This document shows, piece after piece, positions 59,990 through 64,000 of a stretch of DNA of 64,000 nucleotides (its first letter is position 1; each line of letters starts with the position of its first letter). The position numbers and the translations under genes are program-made. The notes beneath the pieces were generated by a model. It was not told where the DNA came from. It did not search any database and was given only the letters and a program-made list of their open reading frames with translations. Source of the DNA: a bacterium (GTDB lineage: Bacteria; Zhuqueibacterota; Zhuqueibacteria; Residuimicrobiales; Krinioviventaceae); NCBI GenBank assembly GCA_963674595.2, contig CAXXFV010000023.1, forward strand, positions 320,001 through 384,000, read 5' to 3'.

Positions 59990-62900
59990 ATGCCCTATTC
60001 TCCCACAAAACTGATGGACGAAAAATTAAACAATTTATTTAATCGGATTGAAGACGAAATTTACAAACCGGTTGCTGATTTAAAATTGACTGCCTGGAAA
60101 ACAAACGAACCTGTTCCTTTTAAAGATCGTATAAACGGTGAAAAAGCAGAATTAAATATCGGAGATAAATGGGGTGACCTTTTTGATTGTGCCTGGTTTT
60201 ATATGTTTGGGAATATTCCTCAATCTGCTGCTAATAAAAAAATCGTATTACTTGTTGATTTGAGTGGTGAGGCCTGTGTAGTTGATAATGATGGCAATCC
60301 AATTCAGGGCCTGACCACATATAGTTCCCTTTATGATTTTAGTCTGGGAACACCTGGTAAAAAGATTATACCGATAGCAGGAAAAGCACAGCCAGGTGCT
60401 GAAATAAAAATCTGGCTCGACGCCGGTAATAATGACCTTTTCGGCAACCTAAAAAATAACGGCACTGTCCGGCAAGCGTGTATTGCTGTTTGTAATGAAG
60501 AGTTGCGTCAGCTTTATTATGATTTTCAAGTATTATATGAATTATCGCAGCAGTTGGAAAAAACAACCGCAAGATACGAACAAATAAGGTATGCGCTTTA
60601 TCGTGTATCTGTTGTTCTCAATGAACTGACACCTGAAGAAATAAAAGAGGCCCGTGAAATATTGGCGCCTGAATTGGCCAGGAAAAACGGCGATTCTTCT
60701 TTGAGTGTCAGTGCCATGGGACATGCGCATATTGATCTTGCCTGGTTATGGCCGATCAGGGAAACCATCCGCAAGGGCGCACGTACCTTTTCCAATGTTT
60801 TAATGGTAATGGATAAATATCCTGACTTTAAATTCGGAGCTTCGCAGCCCCAGCTTTATCAATGGATGAAGGAACACTATCCTGTCCTTTATGAACGGAT
60901 TAAAGCCAAAATAAAACAAAACCGGTGGGAAGTTTTCGGCGGCACATGGGTAGAAATCGATACCAATCTTCCGGGCAGTGAAGCTTTGGTACGGCAGTTT
61001 TTATATGCCAGGCAGTTTTTTAAAGAGGAATTTGACGCTGAAATAGATTATTTGTTTCTTCCTGATACTTTTGGCTATACCGGCGCTTTGCCGCAAATTA
61101 TGAAAAAAAGCGGCATCAACTATTTTATAACCATAAAATTATCCTGGGATGAACTGAATACCTATCCTCATCATACTTTTATTTGGAAGGGGATAGACGG
61201 TTCGGATGTTTTGGTGCACATGCCGCCGGAGGGTACCTATAACAGTTCCGCAGCACCAAGAGCAATAAAAAAAGCAGAGGCGGATTATCTTGACAAAGCA
61301 GTTTCTGAAAATTGTCTGATGCTTTATGGAATTGGCGATGGCGGCGGCGGACCCGGATATGAACATTTGGAGCGGTTAAAACGCGAAAAAAATCTTGCCG
61401 GTATAGCTCCGGTGCGACAGGAATTTATCAGTACTTTTTTGCAGCGTCTGGAAAAAGACCGGCACAAACTGCACACATGGAACGGTGAATTGTATTTGGG
61501 ACGTCATCAGGGTACCCTGACAAGCCAGGGATTGATTAAAAAATACAACAGGTCTATGGAACTCGCTCTTAGAGATTTGGAGTTTACGTCCGTTTTAGCC
61601 TCTGTTTTTACCGGAAAAAAATACCCGTCAGAACAGATTGAAACAATCTGGAAACAGGTGTTGCTGTACCAATTTCATGATATTATTACCGGTGATTCTA
61701 TTACCCGTGTTTTTGAAGAGGCTTATAAACATTACCCTGTTTTATTAAAAGAGACCAATGACCTTGACGAATCTGCCCAAAATGCTGTTTTGAGGCAAAT
61801 CAATACATCCGGTTTTATAAAACCCGTTGTTGTTTTTAATTCTCTTTGCTGGCAGCGAAAAGAGTGGCTCAAAATTGATGAAAAATGGCATTTTGTTCAG
61901 ATCCCGCCATTGGGATATACGGTCATTGAGGGTGATAAAGCGGAATCATCTTTTCCTGAATTGAATGTTAATGAAAACCTCCTTGAAAATGAAATTCTGC
62001 GAATTGAATTTTCCAGTGAAGGAACAATTGTTTCTATCTTTGATAAGGAACATCAAAAACAGGTTATGTCACCAAAGACAGAGGCAAATTTGCTGACGGT
62101 TTATCATGATGATGGCGATGCCTTTGACATGAGTCTGGATTATCATCAGCAAATTGCCGGATATTTCAAGTTGGAATCGAGTGAGTATGTTTTAGACGGT
62201 CCGAAATGTATTGTTAAACAGGTGCGTAATTTTGGTCAGTCAAAGCTTTATCAGTTTATTAGTTTGACGGCCGGAAGCCGTCGAATTGATTTTGAAACCC
62301 GTGTGGATTGGAAAGAGTCTAACAAAATGTTACGAGCATCCTTTCCTGTGGATGTTTACGCCCGGGAGGCTTTTTTTGAAATTCAATTCGGGCATATTAA
62401 ACGACCGACACATAGCAACACAAACTGGGACATTGCGCAATATGAAGTTGTTGCTCACAGGTGGGCTGACCTTTCGGATAGAACGTACGGCGTTGCTTTG
62501 CTGAATGATTGCAAGTATGGTTACAAGGTAAAAGAAAACGTGCTGGATATCAATCTGTTAAGGTGTACGCACTGGCCGGCGATTCACTCAGATGTGGGTG
62601 ACCACGACTTTTTATATGCTTTGTATCCTCACGCCGGTGACCATATTTCTGCAAATGTCATTCAATTGGGATATGAGTTAAATATACCGTTACAAACAGC
62701 GGCTTGTAACAGTCAGACGGGTAAACTAGATCAGCAATTTTCATTTGTAGAGATTGATGCTGAAAATATCATTATCGAATCTATTAAAAAAGCACAAGAC
62801 AATGAGGACATTATTATTCGGTTATATGAAGCAGATGGAATATCATCAGACTGTAATATTCAATTTAATCTGAATGTTAATGATATTCATTTAACGAATT

Positions 62901-62998
62901 TAATGGAAGAAAAAATTAAACACCTGAACGTCATTGATCAAAAAGTGACACTGGATTTTAAGGCTTTTGAGATTCATACCATCCGCCTGATTTTATAA
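59990..62998 (+). CDS. GH38 alpha-mannosidase, cytoplasmic
   Basis: GHAHIDLAWLWP, LPDTFGY, GDGGGGP, GELY, QFHDI, LLNDCKYG; no signal peptide. Confidence 0.95.
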   Translation: MPYSPTKLMDEKLNNLFNRIEDEIYKPVADLKLTAWKTNEPVPFKDRINGEKAELNIGDKWGDLFDCAWFYMFGNIPQSAANKKIVLLVDLSGEACVVDNDGNPIQGLTTYSSLYDFSLGTPGKKIIPIAGKAQPGAEIKIWLDAGNNDLFGNLKNNGTVRQACIAVCNEELRQLYYDFQVLYELSQQLEKTTARYEQIRYALYRVSVVLNELTPEEIKEAREILAPELARKNGDSSLSVSAMGHAHIDLAWLWPIRETIRKGARTFSNVLMVMDKYPDFKFGASQPQLYQWMKEHYPVLYERIKAKIKQNRWEVFGGTWVEIDTNLPGSEALVRQFLYARQFFKEEFDAEIDYLFLPDTFGYTGALPQIMKKSGINYFITIKLSWDELNTYPHHTFIWKGIDGSDVLVHMPPEGTYNSSAAPRAIKKAEADYLDKAVSENCLMLYGIGDGGGGPGYEHLERLKREKNLAGIAPVRQEFISTFLQRLEKDRHKLHTWNGELYLGRHQGTLTSQGLIKKYNRSMELALRDLEFTSVLASVFTGKKYPSEQIETIWKQVLLYQFHDIITGDSITRVFEEAYKHYPVLLKETNDLDESAQNAVLRQINTSGFIKPVVVFNSLCWQRKEWLKIDEKWHFVQIPPLGYTVIEGDKAESSFPELNVNENLLENEILRIEFSSEGTIVSIFDKEHQKQVMSPKTEANLLTVYHDDGDAFDMSLDYHQQIAGYFKLESSEYVLDGPKCIVKQVRNFGQSKLYQFISLTAGSRRIDFETRVDWKESNKMLRASFPVDVYAREAFFEIQFGHIKRPTHSNTNWDIAQYEVVAHRWADLSDRTYGVALLNDCKYGYKVKENVLDINLLRCTHWPAIHSDVGDHDFLYALYPHAGDHISANVIQLGYELNIPLQTAACNSQTGKLDQQFSFVEIDAENIIIESIKKAQDNEDIIIRLYEADGISSDCNIQFNLNVNDIHLTNLMEEKIKHLNVIDQKVTLDFKAFEIHTIRLIL

Positions 62999-63027
62999 GT
63001 ATAGTAATATTACTGTTTATATATATA

Positions 63028-63069
63028 AAGGGATTTTTAGATATTACCATATCTAAAAATCCCTTTTTT
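63028..63069 (+). terminator. Intrinsic terminator ending the glycan locus
   Basis: AAGGGATTTTTAGATAT-TACC-ATATCTAAAAATCCCTT perfect stem followed by a T tract. Confidence 0.88.
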
Positions 63070-63343
63070 GTTTTGAGTTTTAATACGGTAATAATTACAA
63101 AAATAATATTTAAAAAAAACGCACAAAAGGGGAGGGCTTTTTTATTTGCATACGTCTATTTAGATAAATCCCGCATTTCTATTCCTATGATTTAAAACGT
63201 TTTTATTGCAATCGGCTCAAGATTTAGTTTAAGGGTAACATTTATATATTTTTATTATTTAGGCAGGTTATTCTCCACTTTTCCAAGCGCCAAACGTTGG
63301 TATTTGTAAAATAAATTAACTGTTAATTCAAGTCGAGTCTGCC

Positions 63344-64000
63344 ATGTTTTTAAAAAATAAATTCAAGCTTCAAGCCAAATCTTTTCTTTATTCTACTCTT
63401 TTTGTTTTAATATTTTCATCCGATTGTTCCAGAGACAAAAGTGTTTTATTGCCGAACTATAATCAAGACAATGATTTTAATACGGCGGATTATGTTCTTC
63501 CCTATCCGGTTGGAAAATCCTATCAGTGTATTCTGGGAAATTCTGAAGGATATCACAGAAATAATTACCGATATGCTCAGAATTTTGCCATGCCGGCTAA
63601 TTCCTATATTACCGCAGCAAGAAAGGGACGGGTTGTTTATGTAAAAGAGGATGTGGCTGATAATGATCAGTCTGATGTTAATTATTTACTTGTCAAACAT
63701 TACGATGGTTCCTGTGCGTGTTATGCGCATTTAAAAAATAATGGTATTTTTGTTGATGGTGATCAGGGAGTTATGCAAGGTGACACCATAGCGCTGAGCG
63801 GTAATACCGGGTTTACCAACAATACTCCCCAATTAGAGTTTTATGTCAGGGAAAAGGGCCCTTTTGAAAACTCTGCAACCATACCGGTGCGGTTCAAAAA
63901 TACCATTCCTCATTCCAATGGTGTTCAGGCAGGTACTTTTTATAAAGCGTTACCCTATGAAAAAGAAATTATTGAACAAAGCGATAACAGCGAATTTCCC
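63344..64000 (+). CDS. M23 (LytM) family protein with degenerate active site, 3' truncated by window edge (absent from ORF track)
   Basis: Open frame MFLKNKF...SSDC...YVLPYPVGKSY...FAMP...ITAARKGRVV...KHYDG...YAHL...GDTIALSGNTG...PQLEF to the window end. Confidence 0.8.
   Translation, partial: MFLKNKFKLQAKSFLYSTLFVLIFSSDCSRDKSVLLPNYNQDNDFNTADYVLPYPVGKSYQCILGNSEGYHRNNYRYAQNFAMPANSYITAARKGRVVYVKEDVADNDQSDVNYLLVKHYDGSCACYAHLKNNGIFVDGDQGVMQGDTIALSGNTGFTNNTPQLEFYVREKGPFENSATIPVRFKNTIPHSNGVQAGTFYKALPYEKEIIEQSDNSEFP

Noticed and set aside
63344-63460. Suspected frameshift in the T-rich 5' end of the M23 gene
   Set aside because: Codon-by-codon reading from ATG 63344 stays in frame to the window end; the track misses it only because there is no stop codon.
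1-64000. CRISPR arrays, tRNA/rRNA genes, IS elements, integrases, phage or defence genes
   Set aside because: No regularly spaced short repeats, RNA gene signatures or relevant protein motifs were seen on either strand.

Overview
Low-GC bacterial window with no rRNA, tRNA, CRISPR array, transposase or phage genes that I can recognise. Sigma70-type promoters (TTGACA/TATAAT-like), GGAG ribosome-binding sites, TonB-dependent receptors (TBDRs) with no SusD partner, a PorV-family gene and several proteins ending in a T9SS/FlgD-Ig-like 'YPNPF' domain suggest a non-Bacteroidota FCB-group organism, such as KSB1 or Calditrichota (inference). Layout: (1) 1-5.35 kb, housekeeping and envelope genes (cyclophilin, S8 protease, patatin, two glycosyltransferases). 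(2) 5.36-10.5 kb, a cobalamin-riboswitch operon: cobO/btuR, a BtuB-like TBDR and a BtuG-like/BtuH-like/sorting-domain fusion. (3) 10.55-13.9 kb, a minus-strand probable metal TBDR preceded by two paralogous His-rich membrane leader ORFs ending in RAPP and RGPP. The codons at the RAPP stall site pair with the receptor's Shine-Dalgarno (SD) sequence. (4) 14.1-63 kb, a ~49 kb co-directional glycan-utilisation locus headed by an AraR-type regulator. Its core is TBDR, acidic sorting-domain protein, PorV, parvulin and an internally duplicated FG-GAP-like protein, with no SusD. GH2, GH3, GH28, GH38, GH92, BNR proteins, five phosphoesterases, two sodium:solute symporters and two gene remnants follow. 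(5) A degenerate M23 protein runs off the right edge. The most interesting candidates are the tandem His-rich RAPP/RGPP attenuator and the SusD-free TBDR-PorV module. All family calls come from motif recognition by eye, not database searches.
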